A DNA stretch of 64,000 bases from Actinomycetota bacterium (lineage in GTDB: Bacteria; Actinomycetota; Actinomycetes; Actinomycetales; Microbacteriaceae): positions 1,318 to 65,317 of the forward strand of contig JBJOJI010000003.1 of assembly GCA_046046665.1 (NCBI GenBank), in the 5' to 3' direction. Position 1 is the first letter of the stretch. Every line of letters begins with the position of its first letter. Under the pieces are notes generated by a model. That model was not told the DNA's origin. It made no database searches and was given only the letters and a program-made list of their open reading frames with translations. Of the stretch, positions 62,326-64,000 are shown in pieces. Both the position numbers and the translations under genes were made by a program.

Positions 62326-63651
62326 ATGAGTGTTGCAGTGAACTTGCGCATCGTTGACCTGCGTGCAAAATCCTTCGATTCCGCTCTTGCCAATCAACTA
62401 GTACCACGCGCATCAATTGATATAACCAAAGCCATTGAGCAAATAATCCCTCTGCTAGACGATGTTCGCAAAAATGGCCAAGATGCCGTAGTTCGGGTAA
62501 CCCTTGAGAGAGACGGCGTAGATCCAAGGCCCATCTTGGTGACTCAGGAAGAGCTCGACAGAGCGGTTGCTGAATTAAATCCACAGTTGCGACAAGCTAT
62601 CGAAGAATCAATCGAGCGTGTTTTCAAGGTATCAAGAGCAAACATGCCTCAAAACACTTCGGTAAAGCTTGCAGAGGGTGCCAACGTGCATCAAAGGTGG
62701 CAGCCGGTTGATTCGGTTGGCCTATACGTGCCCGGCGGAAAAGCTGTTTATCCATCTAGCGTCATTATGAACGTAGTGCCTGCCCAGGTAGCGGGTGTAG
62801 AGCGGCTTGCCTTGGCTTCGCCTGCGCAAAAAGATTTTAATGGTCGCCCCCACCCAACCGTTTTGGCAACGGCGGCTTTGCTTGGTGTAAAGAATGTCTA
62901 TTGCATGGGTGGCCCAGCTGCTATTGCTGCCTTTGCGTTTGGACTTCCTCAAATTGATTTTGAACCGGTTAGTTTGGTCACTGGGCCAGGAAACATCTAT
63001 GTTGCGGCCGCAAAACGAGCTCTTCGCGGCACCATAGGAATTGATTCTGAGGCTGGAACCACAGAAATATTGGTGCTTGCCGATTCTTCTGCCAACGCCC
63101 GCTACATCGCATACGACCTTGTGAGTCAAGCGGAACACGATGAGGCCGCTGCTTCTGTGTTGGTAACTGATTCCGTTGAGTTAGCCAACGCCGTAATTAA
63201 TGAACTGACTGATTTGGTGTCTGCAACGGCAAGTTCAGAACGTGTACGCACGGCACTTGAAGGCCAACAATCTGCAGTTGTCTTGATTGACAACATGTCA
63301 GCTGGTGTGAAATTTACAAATTTCTATGCCACCGAACACCTAGAGCTGCACACGGTAGACAATAAAGCCACGCTTAGCCAGATCACCAACGCCGGCGCTA
63401 TCTTCCTTGGTGATTATTCCCCGGTAAGTCTTGGCGACTACCTTGCTGGTTCAAGCCACGTTTTGCCCACCGGTCAGCAGGCAAAATTTGGATCAGGGCT
63501 TGGCGTGCACAGTTTCCTTAGGCCTCAACAGGTGATTGATTATGATCGTGTTGGTTTGCGCGCGGTTGCCGAGTTAGTTGCAGATTTTGCCGATGCTGAG
63601 GGCCTTCCTGCCCACGGAGAAGCCGTAACGGCTCGCTTCAGCGATTCCTAG
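62326..63651 (+). CDS. hisD: Histidinol dehydrogenase
   Basis: YVPGGKAVYPSSVIM, GPGNIYV, SQAEHD, EHLE, GDY.AG.SHVLPT; GGAGG RBS before ATG 62326. Confidence 0.97.
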   Translation: MSVAVNLRIVDLRAKSFDSALANQLVPRASIDITKAIEQIIPLLDDVRKNGQDAVVRVTLERDGVDPRPILVTQEELDRAVAELNPQLRQAIEESIERVFKVSRANMPQNTSVKLAEGANVHQRWQPVDSVGLYVPGGKAVYPSSVIMNVVPAQVAGVERLALASPAQKDFNGRPHPTVLATAALLGVKNVYCMGGPAAIAAFAFGLPQIDFEPVSLVTGPGNIYVAAAKRALRGTIGIDSEAGTTEILVLADSSANARYIAYDLVSQAEHDEAAASVLVTDSVELANAVINELTDLVSATASSERVRTALEGQQSAVVLIDNMSAGVKFTNFYATEHLELHTVDNKATLSQITNAGAIFLGDYSPVSLGDYLAGSSHVLPTGQQAKFGSGLGVHSFLRPQQVIDYDRVGLRAVAELVADFADAEGLPAHGEAVTARFSDS

Positions 63652-63654
63652 TAA

Positions 63655-63701
63655 CCACAAGGGGTAGGGCCTAGAATTGAAAAACAATCAACATCTAGGA
63701 G
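63655..63701 (+). promoter_or_regulatory. Candidate tandem NrdR boxes
   Basis: CAA-GGGG-TAG (63658) and CAA-CATC-TAG (63689), 31 bp apart, upstream of nrdR. Confidence 0.55.
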
Positions 63702-63711
63702 CAAGTCCAGT

Positions 63712-64000
63712 ATGTTTTGCCCGTTCTGTCGCTATCCAGACTCACGCGTAACTGACTCACGTACCTCAGATGACGGTTCCTCGATTCGCCGCCGCCGCCA
63801 ATGCCCTGAATGCAATATGCGTTTTAGCACTACAGAAACCGCAAGCCTCACTGTGGTCAAAAGAAGCGGCGTAACCCAACCCTTCAGCCGAGACCGAATT
63901 GTTGCAGGTGTTCGTAAGGCGTGTCAGGGTCGTCCGGTTTCAGAAGCAGATCTAGCCATGCTTGCGCAAACAGTTGAAGAAGCAGTGCGGGCAACCGGTG
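63712..64000 (+). CDS. nrdR: Transcriptional repressor NrdR (3'-truncated by window)
   Basis: Manual translation [17 protein letters not shown]...[18 protein letters not shown]...VVKRSG: zinc ribbon plus the start of the ATP cone. Confidence 0.97.
   Translation, partial: MFCPFCRYPDSRVTDSRTSDDGSSIRRRRQCPECNMRFSTTETASLTVVKRSGVTQPFSRDRIVAGVRKACQGRPVSEADLAMLAQTVEEAVRATG

Overview
This is a core-genome window from a small, compact actinobacterial chromosome. Gene order, protein motifs and a GC content of roughly 50% (judged by eye) fit a streamlined Microbacteriaceae such as the Rhodoluna/Aquiluna-like freshwater group; that placement is inference. The order is: tlyA(3' end)-nadK-recN-pyrG-NUDIX-xerD-parA-scpAB-rluB-aroH-tyrA-cmk-der; a methylcitrate module (prpE divergent from gntR-prpDBC); the pgsA2-garA-merR-merR block; parA, pyc, MinD-like, def, fadD, glk, plsC and aroG; pknL, a LysM hydrolase, an Rv2175c-like gene and idsA; the full dcw cluster (mraZ to divIVA); then lspA, rluD, dnaE, a flavin reductase, hisD and the start of nrdR. 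I found no tRNA, rRNA, CRISPR array, IS element, prophage or intein, and I cannot support a claim of a new multi-gene system here. The most striking signal is an exact 14-bp tandem duplication that frameshifts the essential murE near a domain boundary. Other observations are an in-frame 24-bp repeat in the ftsZ linker, a degenerate mraW-type RNA hairpin, candidate FtsR/WhiA/MraZ/NrdR/GntR operators, a possible CTP-sensing leaderless pyrG start, and a LysM hydrolase translationally coupled to a PASTA kinase.
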